DNA from: Bdellovibrionota bacterium | GTDB lineage: Bacteria > Bdellovibrionota > UBA1018 > CAIPTA01 > JAALKR01 | Reading direction: 5' to 3' | DNA: 64,000 nt | NCBI GenBank assembly: GCA_965207455.1 | Contig: CBDBMJ010000003.1 | Location: forward strand, 54,197-118,196 | Shown: positions 46,639 through 55,441 of the stretch, piece after piece | Layout of the letters: each line of letters opens with the position of its first letter | Position numbering within the stretch: position 1 is the stretch's first letter | Notes under the pieces: model-generated | Database searches by the model: none | What the model saw: the letters and a program-made list of their open reading frames with translations, nothing else | What the model was told of the DNA's origin: nothing | Made by a program: the position numbers and the translations under genes

Positions 46639-46875
46639 AATTACTCAATAAAATAAGGAGATAGGACAGATGAAAAAAACTGCCCTACCCCCCTTGTTAG
46701 ATGCACCCAGCATCCATGCCAGCCACTATTATAAAAGAAAAAAAACAATCACCATCCATGGCAGATAATTTTTCTCCATTTCCTGCTTCATATACCAAGA
46801 CCCCATCCTAGAGTCATACATCTATCAAAAATCTATGCACATTCCTTGCCATCTTTTCTACTCTTCGTTTTATTT

Positions 46876-47919
46876 TTAAAATATTTCTAATTCCCCTTCC
46901 AAAGCACCTGATTTTTTCAAGGCTTGAAAAATTGCGGTAAGATCTTTGGGACCAACGCCAATGGTATTTAAAGCTTTTACTAACTCACTCACGCTCGTAG
47001 ACTCTTGAATTTCAATTACTTTTTTACCCACACTGCTTAACTGCCTAGTTTTATCTTCTATCTGAATGGATAGGTCTCCGTGTGAAAGCGCAACCGACTT
47101 AATCCGCACTTTTCCTCCTGCTACAATGGTTCCCGTTTTCTCATTGATAACAATTTTAGCTTTTTCGCTAGTATTCACCGTCAAATTTTCCAACACCGCC
47201 ATTAATTCGACAGCATTTCCCTTAAAAGAAAACGGAACAATTAAGTCCACCGTATTACCGTCTACCGTGGTGGCATACTTACCACCCAACTCCATATTAA
47301 TTCTACGAGCCACCCTAGCAATAGTAGTAAAATCATGCTCTTGGGTGTGCAAACGAATAGATTTTTTATTAGAAAAGTTTGCCTTTAGTTCCCGCTCCAC
47401 AGTTGCACCACTGGGAAGCCATCCCACTGTACCAAATGTTTCCTTGGTTTCAGACGTGGTCCCAAGACTCACGGAACCTTGTGCAACGGCATAAACTTTT
47501 TGATCTCCTGCTCGTAACGGCGTTGTCAGCAACGTACCACCACTTAAACTGGCCGCATCTCCCACACTGGAAATAGTTATGTCAATTTTTTGTCCTGCAC
47601 GCGCAAAGGGAGGCAACTTTGCTGTTACCACTACAGAAGCCACGTTCTTCGATTCCACATTAGCCCCTGAATCCATTCCCATCTTTTTCAACATGCGACG
47701 AAGGGCTCTTCCCGCTGTTTGACCAGAGGAGTCCCCTGTGCCCCTTAAGCCAACCACAAGCCCATAGCCAATTAAAATGTTTTCCCGTACCCCCTTTACC
47801 TTTACCACATCTTTTATACGTGCTCCCCAAACCTCCTGAACAGACACTGAAGATAATGTAAACATAATAAAAATAAATATAGAAACTCGCATCGATATCA
47901 CTCCCCTCATCTCTCTCAC
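46876..47919 (-). CDS. flgI: Flagellar P-ring protein
   Basis: VKGVRENILIGYGLVVGLRGTGD; 347 aa; start may be the internal M. Confidence 0.9.
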   Translation of the reverse strand: MREMRGVISMRVSIFIFIMFTLSSVSVQEVWGARIKDVVKVKGVRENILIGYGLVVGLRGTGDSSGQTAGRALRRMLKKMGMDSGANVESKNVASVVVTAKLPPFARAGQKIDITISSVGDAASLSGGTLLTTPLRAGDQKVYAVAQGSVSLGTTSETKETFGTVGWLPSGATVERELKANFSNKKSIRLHTQEHDFTTIARVARRINMELGGKYATTVDGNTVDLIVPFSFKGNAVELMAVLENLTVNTSEKAKIVINEKTGTIVAGGKVRIKSVALSHGDLSIQIEDKTRQLSSVGKKVIEIQESTSVSELVKALNTIGVGPKDLTAIFQALKKSGALEGELEIF

Positions 47920-47938
47920 CCCTCTTACTCCTCTTTCT

Positions 47939-48799
47939 CTACCTCAATACCCAAGCTCTAAAATCTAAGAAATCAGTAGAACTTATTTTATTATCCATAT
48001 CCAATTTCTTAATCGGCACTAAAGCAATCACCTCTATCACTTTTCTACGCCCTTGGTAGGTAATGGGTTTTTCACCCACTAGACGGAGAAAGTTGTCGCC
48101 AAGATTCTCCACTATTTCCATGCGCATAGTCTTTAGTTCAACTTTTGGATCCACACCCTTACCTTCCACAGAAGCAGGATCCACAGAATCAAGCTTCACA
48201 GAATTAATCTTCACGGAAGCGAGCTCCCTTGAACTCTTTTCCACCTTCTTAACGATTTTATCCACAGGCAAAGAACGGAAAAGCGCACGCCGCATTTCCT
48301 TATTCAATTTCTCCTTTATATTCACAAAAACCACATCACCTAAACTAACTTTTTTGTTTGTATTCTCTGTAAACAGGTAATTGTCCGGATTGTTAGCAAA
48401 CCAAAGACTGTTTTCACTTACCTCCGTGTCCCTAAAATCCTCACTCTTAAAGCGATCATTGGGAACAGCAGAAAATTTATCTCGAACGCTAACAAAAAAA
48501 TCACCCCTAGGTTTGTCTCTCAAAGAATCATGCACAGGAACGGTGTTTGCTGTAGGCGGCGGAGGAGGAGGAGGAGGAGGCAGTGGTAGTGCAGGCGGTG
48601 GTGGCAGCGGCCTATCCAGCTCTCTCTTCACCAACACATACTGCCTATCCAAACTTGCAATTCTTCTTTCTATATGAGAATTCTCCCATGCTAAAATTTT
48701 CTTTCTTTCCGATAAAGACCCTTCTTCAATCATAGAGCTAACGGAAGTGCTGCAACCATTGAACAATAACAAAAAAATAATATAGCTGGATTTTCTCAT
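47939..48799 (-). CDS. flgH: Flagellar L-ring lipoprotein with poly-Pro insert
   Basis: Lipobox LFNGCS; C-terminal ITYQGRRKVIEVIALVPIKKLDMDNKISSTDF matches FlgH; PLPPPPALPLPPPPPPPPP linker. Confidence 0.75.
   Translation of the reverse strand: MRKSSYIIFLLLFNGCSTSVSSMIEEGSLSERKKILAWENSHIERRIASLDRQYVLVKRELDRPLPPPPALPLPPPPPPPPPTANTVPVHDSLRDKPRGDFFVSVRDKFSAVPNDRFKSEDFRDTEVSENSLWFANNPDNYLFTENTNKKVSLGDVVFVNIKEKLNKEMRRALFRSLPVDKIVKKVEKSSRELASVKINSVKLDSVDPASVEGKGVDPKVELKTMRMEIVENLGDNFLRLVGEKPITYQGRRKVIEVIALVPIKKLDMDNKISSTDFLDFRAWVLR
48555..48611. repeat. GGN/(GGA)6 triplet repeat encoding poly-proline in flgH
   Basis: ggcggcggaggaggaggaggaggagg... Confidence 0.8.
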
Positions 48800-49812
48800 A
48801 ACCTAGCCTCCAATACCTTTTCCTCATTCAATCGCCCAGAAATTATTTTTCTTGTTTTTTTAATCCGCACCTGTAACGTGCGACCAATGGTTCCCTTACC
48901 CATGGCCTTGCCTGCCGTAGATATGGTTAAGCCACCCGCTCCAGAAAGAATTACTTTTACACTTTCCCCAGGAAGTACGTCCGGAATGGCGTCCAGAAAA
49001 CTCACTCTTAACACTTGCCCCCTAGAAATATTTCGATTGCTCCGCATACCAACTAAGTGCTTTTTCAATTCCTTCCTATTCTTTGCCAGCACCACAACGG
49101 CCCTATAAACACGCCGAGTCTCCCCTAGCTTTTTATAAAAATACCGGGGCTGGAGTTTTTCTAAAAACCGAATATTTCTCTTACTTACCCACTGCTGTTC
49201 AAACCATTTTATGTCTGCACTTACTAGGAAGGTTCTCCCAGCAGAGTAATTCTTCCCTTTTAATATCATGGGGGATTGTATGGAAATCCTAAAAAATATT
49301 CGACCGTTCCAACTATGATGGTGCTGAGGCTCCACCACACTTAAGCTACTCCCACCTATCCGATTTTTCTTTAAAGCAACCACCGCACTTGTGGGTATCT
49401 TGATGTCTTTTACGGAAAGAAGAACTCTCTTGGGAAGATCTCCATTCTTATGAACAAAACGCACTAGTAATTTTTTTATATTTTCCCTCAAAGACATAAC
49501 CTTTTTCTGGCGCACATGAATCACCTTTGGAGCTTTGAACTCAATGGAATTATTCCCCACAATTTCCTGAATCCTCGATAAGATATAAGAGGAAGGAATA
49601 CGCAAACTCTTCTTACCTGCTGGCAATTGTCCTATGGGCATCTCACTCAACAACTTAGCCTTCACCCCGTCGTTCAGTTTTATCTCAGCAATTTGATGAA
49701 GAAAAATACTTCTTCCCTTAATAAAAACAGGTGAACGTAAATGGATCTCTCCCCTAGCCTCCACATCCATGGGCGCGAAAAGAAAAAATAGAGCAATACT
49801 ACTTAACCACAT
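48796..49812 (-). CDS. flgA: Flagellar P-ring assembly chaperone FlgA (long form)
   Basis: C-terminal SAF-like VKVILSGAGGLTISTAGKAMGKGTIGRTLQVR; operon position between flgG and flgH. Confidence 0.65.
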   Translation of the reverse strand: MWLSSIALFFLFAPMDVEARGEIHLRSPVFIKGRSIFLHQIAEIKLNDGVKAKLLSEMPIGQLPAGKKSLRIPSSYILSRIQEIVGNNSIEFKAPKVIHVRQKKVMSLRENIKKLLVRFVHKNGDLPKRVLLSVKDIKIPTSAVVALKKNRIGGSSLSVVEPQHHHSWNGRIFFRISIQSPMILKGKNYSAGRTFLVSADIKWFEQQWVSKRNIRFLEKLQPRYFYKKLGETRRVYRAVVVLAKNRKELKKHLVGMRSNRNISRGQVLRVSFLDAIPDVLPGESVKVILSGAGGLTISTAGKAMGKGTIGRTLQVRIKKTRKIISGRLNEEKVLEARL

Positions 49813-50584
49813 TGTTTGTTATTGATAGCATCGCGTCTGCCGCTTGCATCACCTTGGAATTCATTTCATAAGAGCGTTGCACCTTAATCATATTCACCAT
49901 TTCGGTTACAATATTCACGTTGGAACCCTCCAAAGCTCCAGATAAAATTCTTCCAAATTTAGACGTTCCAGGAATACCTTGCTCCGGTACCCCCGAGGCC
50001 TCAGAAAATTTATATAAATTCCCTCCAACAGCCTTCAATCCGCTGGGATTAATAAAACGAACTAACTGGATTTGACCTAAATTCAAGCGATCCCCAGCAC
50101 TGTTTTGGGCAGTTACAGTTCCATTGCGCTCAATCCCCACACTCAAAACATTGGGAGGAATGGTAATGCCTGGTTGTAGTAGATTCCCACTGGAAGTCAT
50201 CATTTTTCCATCAGGCCCAATACGGAAATTTCCGTCCCGGGTATAACGAATCTCTCCAGAGGAATCCTCCACAGAAAAAAATCCATCCCCCTCTATCATA
50301 AGATCCAAGGGAGCATTGGTCATTCGCGCCGACCCCTGAGTAAATTCTTTATACAGACTGGCCGTCTTTACTCCCGCACCCACCTGCACGCCCGTGGGCG
50401 AAATGGTATTTCTACCTGTCTGAACACCCGGCTCTAACAACGTTTGGTAGAAAAGATCCTGGAATTTTGCAGTACCTCGCTTGTAACCCGTAGTATTTAC
50501 GTTGGCTAAGTTATTGGCAATATTGTCCAAATCCATTTGCATGGCTTCCATACCCGTTGCCGCTGTGTGAATAGCTCTAAACAT
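49799..50584 (-). CDS. flgG: Flagellar distal rod protein
   Basis: AATGMEAMQMDLDNIANNLANVNTTGYK and C-terminal rod motif. Confidence 0.9.
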   Translation of the reverse strand: MFRAIHTAATGMEAMQMDLDNIANNLANVNTTGYKRGTAKFQDLFYQTLLEPGVQTGRNTISPTGVQVGAGVKTASLYKEFTQGSARMTNAPLDLMIEGDGFFSVEDSSGEIRYTRDGNFRIGPDGKMMTSSGNLLQPGITIPPNVLSVGIERNGTVTAQNSAGDRLNLGQIQLVRFINPSGLKAVGGNLYKFSEASGVPEQGIPGTSKFGRILSGALEGSNVNIVTEMVNMIKVQRSYEMNSKVMQAADAMLSITNNVVK

Positions 50585-50607
50585 TTTTTCCCCTCCAGTG
50601 TTCCTCT

Positions 50608-51432
50608 TTATTTCGTTATGTCGCTAATAGCTTTTTTCTCTATCTCTCCATAGTTTCTTATAATATTTTGATTCGCTTCAAATAAACGATTGGCTTTTAA
50701 AAGCGCAGTTAATTCTTGAATGGGATTTACATTGGAAGTCTCCAACATACCCTGTAATATCCCAGAGGAACGAGCATCCCTGTTTATGTTGGCGTTATCT
50801 TTGTTAGTAAACAAAGTACCCTCTTCCTTTAATAGCAAACGCTTGTCCACAAAATCCACTACAGAAAGCTCACCCACTTGCTTCTTTCCATAATATACCT
50901 CTCCATTCCGGTTAATGATGAGAGTGCTCCCAGGAGTTTTGTTGTCTAAATAAATTCCACGATTTAAAAGATTCTGTCCTGCATTTTGAGGATTAAATCG
51001 TGTTTTTGATAGAACTAAATCACCCCTTAATGTAACCAAAGCACCTGCGGGATTGATACGAAAAGAACCACCCCTGCTATAACGAATTCCCTTGGGCGTG
51101 AGCACCTCTAAAAATCCACTTCCATCTATGGCAACATCCAATGGAGATCCGGTTACTTTTATTTTTCCTGAACTAAAGTCTGTGAACGTTCCCCCCATTA
51201 CCACGTAGGCTTTGTCCTTACCGTCTAAGCGATGCAAATCTTTTTCTGTATATAGTCGGCGAGGAATGCCTTTTCCCTGCTGGGCCAAATCCGAGGAACT
51301 TAAAATCTGCTGGAATACAATGGAGCTTTTTTTAAACCCATCTGTATTCACATTGGCTAAATTGTTTGCCACCACATCTAAGCGCTGACTTTGCACAATA
51401 CTACCAGAAACTGCAGGCCATATACCCTTCAT
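50608..51432 (-). CDS. flgF: Flagellar proximal rod protein FlgF (or second FlgG paralog)
   Basis: SQRLDVVANNLANVNTDGFK N-terminal rod motif. Confidence 0.75.
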   Translation of the reverse strand: MKGIWPAVSGSIVQSQRLDVVANNLANVNTDGFKKSSIVFQQILSSSDLAQQGKGIPRRLYTEKDLHRLDGKDKAYVVMGGTFTDFSSGKIKVTGSPLDVAIDGSGFLEVLTPKGIRYSRGGSFRINPAGALVTLRGDLVLSKTRFNPQNAGQNLLNRGIYLDNKTPGSTLIINRNGEVYYGKKQVGELSVVDFVDKRLLLKEEGTLFTNKDNANINRDARSSGILQGMLETSNVNPIQELTALLKANRLFEANQNIIRNYGEIEKKAISDITK

Positions 51433-51599
51433 GCTTTACCCCTCTCTTACAAAGCAAAGCAATTCCCGTACCACCTCAACAAGAAAAGAGAGAAATAGAA
51501 ATTAGTAAGAAAAATCAAGCATGTAGGCTTGAAAAAAAATATCGCAGCACTGAAGAAATCTTTTATTTTTTTATTTTTTGACAAATACTTCCAAAATAC

Positions 51600-51616
51600 T
51601 GACAGAAAAATGACAG
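51600..51616 (-). promoter_or_regulatory. Pho-box-like direct repeat (minus strand: CTGTCAT TTTT CTGTCAG)
   Basis: Plus strand tgacagaaaaatgacag; reverse complement matches the PhoB box consensus CTGTCAT-N4-CTGTCAY with 11-bp periodicity. Confidence 0.4.
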
Positions 51617-51681
51617 TTAGACTCCCCATAATTTTGATTTTTTCGATTGCGTATATTCAAAATTCTGATTACATTCTCCCT

Positions 51682-52557
51682 ATGGACGCCATATTTCCCT
51701 GCACCTCTCTAGCAAAAAAAATATTGAACGATTCCCAACAATCTGCCCAAGCCTTCCATGAACAATACAAACAAAAACCAACCCTTTGCGTGGTTTTAGT
51801 GGGAGAAGACCCTGCTAGCCTAGTCTATATAAAGAAAAAAAGTGAGGCCTGCAACACCCACTCTCTTGCAGCCACCGATATTCACCTACCCGAAAGTACT
51901 AGCCAGGCCGAACTCGACGATGTAATAGAAAAACTGAATCAAGACCCCTCCATCCACGGAATCCTTGTCCAATGCCCATTACCCCAGGGACTTTCCCAAT
52001 CTCGCATACAGGGCCTAATCGATCCCAAAAAGGACGTGGATTGCTTTCATCCCACCAATACGGGCAAACTCATGAACAATCCCCAACAAGCTTTTCAAGA
52101 AGGCTTAGTTCCCTGTACTCCTGCAGGTATAATGGAAATTTTAAAGGAAAACGATATCTCCATAGACGGAAAAAATGCTGTGGTACTGGGGCGTTCTAAC
52201 CTCGTGGGCAAACCCATGGCCCTATTGTTATTAGGCGCCAATGCCACCGTCACCCTTTGCCACTCCCGAACAAGAAATGTAAGCGACGAATGCAAACGCG
52301 CAGATATTTTAATTGTAGCCGTAGGCAAACCACAACTCGTTACCCAAGAATTTGTGAAACCTGGAGCTGTGGTAATCGACGTGGGAATCAATCGAGTAAA
52401 CGTCGACGGAAAAAATCGATTAGTAGGAGACGTGGATCAAACCTCCGTTTCCACACAGGCGAGCCTCCTTACCCCCGTACCCAAAGGAGTGGGAGTGATG
52501 ACCATTGCCATGCTTATTCGGAATACAGTGCGCGCAGCATGGAACCAAAAAAAATGA
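51682..52557 (+). CDS. folD: Bifunctional methylenetetrahydrofolate dehydrogenase/cyclohydrolase
   Basis: CVVLVGEDPASLVYIKKKSEAC...GILVQCPLP; start taken at MDAIF, giving 291 aa; the long ORF from 51529 adds an atypical leader. Confidence 0.85.
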   Translation: MDAIFPCTSLAKKILNDSQQSAQAFHEQYKQKPTLCVVLVGEDPASLVYIKKKSEACNTHSLAATDIHLPESTSQAELDDVIEKLNQDPSIHGILVQCPLPQGLSQSRIQGLIDPKKDVDCFHPTNTGKLMNNPQQAFQEGLVPCTPAGIMEILKENDISIDGKNAVVLGRSNLVGKPMALLLLGANATVTLCHSRTRNVSDECKRADILIVAVGKPQLVTQEFVKPGAVVIDVGINRVNVDGKNRLVGDVDQTSVSTQASLLTPVPKGVGVMTIAMLIRNTVRAAWNQKK

Positions 52558-53645
52558 AAAAAACACCTCTATACAAACAACATGTACAATTAGGCGCAAA
52601 CCTAGTGGACTTTAACGGCTGGCAACTGCCCGTGCAATATTCCAGCATTATGAAGGAGCATGCGGCAGTACGCAACCAAGCAGGTCTATTCGATGTCAGC
52701 CACATGGGTGAAATCTGGGCGACGGGACCGGACGCACAAGAATTTATCAATAAAGTAATTACCAACGATGTCGGCCCCCTCCAAGAAGGCAAAGCCCTAT
52801 ATACCGTACTGTGCCGACATGACGGCGGCATCCTCGATGATTTTATTGTCTATAAATACACACCCCAACGATTTTTAATCTGCGTAAACGCCTCCAACAG
52901 AGAAAAAGATTTTCGCTGGCTTGTGGAACAACTGGACAAAGAACGAGTGAAATTAGAAGACCATTCAGACAACTACTGTCAAATAGCCCTGCAAGGCCCC
53001 AAATCCCTAGAAATTTTAAAAAAAATCTGCGACCCGGATCTTCCCTACTACCACTTCACAGAAAAAGAAATTTCTTATAACGGTGTAACTGTGCCGACAA
53101 TGATTAGTCGCACAGGATATACAGGAGAATGGGGTTATGAATTATATATGCCCAGCGCATATGGTCCCCACCTATGGCAAGCACTGTTGGAGGCAGGTTC
53201 TCCCCTAGGTTTAATTCCATGCGGCCTAGGCGCGAGAGATATTCTACGAACGGAAGTAAATTTTCCCCTGTACGGTCATGAGCTTACTGAAAATGTTACC
53301 CCCTTTGCAGCAGGTCTAGCCTGGGTAGTAAAAATGGACAAACCCTCTTTTATTGGCAAAGACGCTCTCCTAGAGCTAACAGAAAAAAAGACGTGCCTAA
53401 GAAATATTGTAATGGAAGGCCGTGCAATCCCCCGCTCTGGCTGCGAAGTCTATGGACCAGAAAAAAAAGAACCCATTGGTTATATTACTAGCGGTACCCT
53501 TTCTCCTATGTTACAAAAACCTATTGCTATTGCTCAGGTCTCTAAGGACTTAACAATAGGAGAAGATATTTTTATAAAGATTCGAAACCGATTTTTTGCC
53601 GGACAGGTGGTGAAGGCTCCCTTCTATAAAAAAGAGGAAAAGTAA
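52554..53645 (+). CDS. gcvT: Glycine cleavage system aminomethyltransferase T
   Basis: TPLYKQHVQLGANLVDFNGWQLPVQY...GLFDVSHMG; ATGA start/stop overlap with folD. Confidence 0.9.
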   Translation: MKKTPLYKQHVQLGANLVDFNGWQLPVQYSSIMKEHAAVRNQAGLFDVSHMGEIWATGPDAQEFINKVITNDVGPLQEGKALYTVLCRHDGGILDDFIVYKYTPQRFLICVNASNREKDFRWLVEQLDKERVKLEDHSDNYCQIALQGPKSLEILKKICDPDLPYYHFTEKEISYNGVTVPTMISRTGYTGEWGYELYMPSAYGPHLWQALLEAGSPLGLIPCGLGARDILRTEVNFPLYGHELTENVTPFAAGLAWVVKMDKPSFIGKDALLELTEKKTCLRNIVMEGRAIPRSGCEVYGPEKKEPIGYITSGTLSPMLQKPIAIAQVSKDLTIGEDIFIKIRNRFFAGQVVKAPFYKKEEK

Positions 53646-53649
53646 TTTC

Positions 53650-54039
53650 ATGTCAGAAGAAATTCCAAAGGACTTGCGCTATACTCCAGAACACGAGTGG
53701 GTATCTGTAAAAGAAAATACTGCACTCGTAGGCATCACCTTCCATGCACAAGATGCGCTGGGTGAAATAGTTTATGTGGAATTACCAGAGGTTGGCACGG
53801 AGTTAAAAAAAGGAGACACTCTTGGCGCAGTGGAAAGTGTAAAGGCCGCTAACGATCTGTACTCCCCTATTTCGGGTAAGGTACTAAAAATAAATACAAT
53901 GCTAGCAGACGACCCAGGACAAGTAAACTCCGACCCGTATAATGCAGCATGGATGATCGCACTAGAAATTACCAACCCTCAAGAACTCGACACATTAATC
54001 GACGCTGACGCATACAAGAAGATAATATCTTCCCTATAA
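53650..54039 (+). CDS. gcvH: Glycine cleavage system H protein
   Basis: Lipoyl-lysine motif ESVKAANDLYSPISG. Confidence 0.9.
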   Translation: MSEEIPKDLRYTPEHEWVSVKENTALVGITFHAQDALGEIVYVELPEVGTELKKGDTLGAVESVKAANDLYSPISGKVLKINTMLADDPGQVNSDPYNAAWMIALEITNPQELDTLIDADAYKKIISSL

Positions 54040-54057
54040 TTTTTTTTAAAAGCTCCT

Positions 54058-54507
54058 TTGACAAAGTTTATAAACAACGATATGTTGGTCTCCGATATGC
54101 CCAGTGATACAAATTTTGCAACAGTTGACGTGAAGAAAAAAGAACTCATAACAGAAGAAAGTTCTTTATCTAATTTTGAAACAAGTACTTTTCATAACAT
54201 TTCTCCGACGATAAACGAAGACACGAACTCCACCCACGCCAACCGACAAATTTTTTCCAGCATGCTTGTTACCAGCAAAATAGATTCCAATGTGGATTGC
54301 TCCGTAACGGACAGAATATCCCAACTGCTGGAAAGCCCTCAAGTGAATGCCATACTAAGTGCTGCAGAAAAACTATCCCGCGAAAAAGATATACCATTAG
54401 CAAAGTCCATGGAACAAATTATTGGAAGCCTACGGGAACTGGACGAACTATGGACTCAAGTTCTCTTCCGTGAAGGATTAAACCACCTAAGCAAATCTAT
54501 CCAATAA
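54058..54507 (+). CDS. Hypothetical protein
   Basis: 149-aa ORF, Ser/Thr-rich N-half; no family. Confidence 0.35.
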   Translation: MTKFINNDMLVSDMPSDTNFATVDVKKKELITEESSLSNFETSTFHNISPTINEDTNSTHANRQIFSSMLVTSKIDSNVDCSVTDRISQLLESPQVNAILSAAEKLSREKDIPLAKSMEQIIGSLRELDELWTQVLFREGLNHLSKSIQ

Positions 54508-54517
54508 AACTAGCCGA

Positions 54518-54576
54518 GGTCACACAAGGGGGTCACACAAGGGGGCCGCAAGGGGGCCGCACAAGCGGACCGCACA
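54518..54576. repeat. Degenerate 11-13-bp tandem repeats (ycrcacaaggggg) ending in an imperfect GC hairpin, between convergent genes
   Basis: ggtcacacaaggggg tcacacaaggggg ccgcaaggggg ccgcacaagcgg accgcacag. Confidence 0.6.
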
Positions 54577-54577
54577 G

Positions 54578-55378
54578 TTAAGACTGCACCACAAAATCCC
54601 AATAAATTCTAATCAACCCACCTCGTTCAATCAATCCTCGTGGAGGATTGGGGAAAGGCCCCGCCCGATTAAACGCCTCAATAGCCGCCTCATCTAAATC
54701 AATAGCCCCCGACCCCCGTAACAACTTAATGGCCTTAATACGCCCATGACGATCAAGAAAAACAGAAAGGCGAGTAGTATAACTAGCATCCGTAAGAAAA
54801 CGCCGCTCACTTTTTATGTAACGAAATATGGCACCACGAAGCTCAGAACTCCAAGAACTCTCCAAGCGCTTACGAATACGATGGTAATAAGTATAGTAAA
54901 TAAATTCTTTTGTATTTAACAAAGTGCTATTACCCTTTTTCACTTTTTTCAAATAATCGTTACTGGCCGATGGCTGAGCTAAACGCTTCCTCTTCTTGAC
55001 GGACATAAAATTCCCCACTGTGCTGGGAACCAGTTGCTTTAAATCCAGCACCCTCAGCTGAGCTTTTTTTCCTGCACGAAAAGGGCTTATATTTTCAGAC
55101 TTGGTCTCCTTTTTCACACTTTGATTACGCTTACCCAAATATTTGGTTTTTTTCGGCACCCTACGATCAAGACTTTCCTCCGTCTCCACAATCTGTCTAC
55201 GCTCCACAGGCTCTAACAAATCAAACTCCACTATCTCTTGCACCTCTGCTACCGGTCGACCAAAGAAAAATCCAAAAGTAATAAAATGAATGAGAACGGA
55301 AAGCAACAGTGTCAGTAAAAGACTGGATGCCAACAATCTATTTAGCGGCAGAAAAGCTTTGGATCTCAGTTTATTCAT
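54578..55378 (-). CDS. tonB: TonB-family energy transducer (TonB_C domain)
   Basis: N-terminal TM, Pro/Lys-rich spacer, C-terminal RLSVFLDRHGRIKAIKLLRGSGAIDLDEAAIEAFNRAGPFPNPP. Confidence 0.6.
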   Translation of the reverse strand: MNKLRSKAFLPLNRLLASSLLLTLLLSVLIHFITFGFFFGRPVAEVQEIVEFDLLEPVERRQIVETEESLDRRVPKKTKYLGKRNQSVKKETKSENISPFRAGKKAQLRVLDLKQLVPSTVGNFMSVKKRKRLAQPSASNDYLKKVKKGNSTLLNTKEFIYYTYYHRIRKRLESSWSSELRGAIFRYIKSERRFLTDASYTTRLSVFLDRHGRIKAIKLLRGSGAIDLDEAAIEAFNRAGPFPNPPRGLIERGGLIRIYWDFVVQS

Positions 55379-55441
55379 ACATTCACATACCTAATAAAAT
55401 ATACCCCTATACAACAAGGTATCGGCACTTTAATAGAATTT

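Noticed and set aside
46660-46758. 32-codon plus-strand ORF (MKKTALPPLLDAPSIH...) in the flgI-to-rod-binding intergenic region
   Set aside because: Very short, no RBS, on the opposite strand of a unidirectional flagellar operon; probably chance.
51529-51681. Upstream extension of folD (51 extra N-terminal residues)
   Set aside because: The extension is hydrophobic and low-complexity and unlike FolD N-termini. MDAIF at 51682 gives a canonical 291-aa FolD, and the region also holds the divergent promoter and Pho-box-like site.
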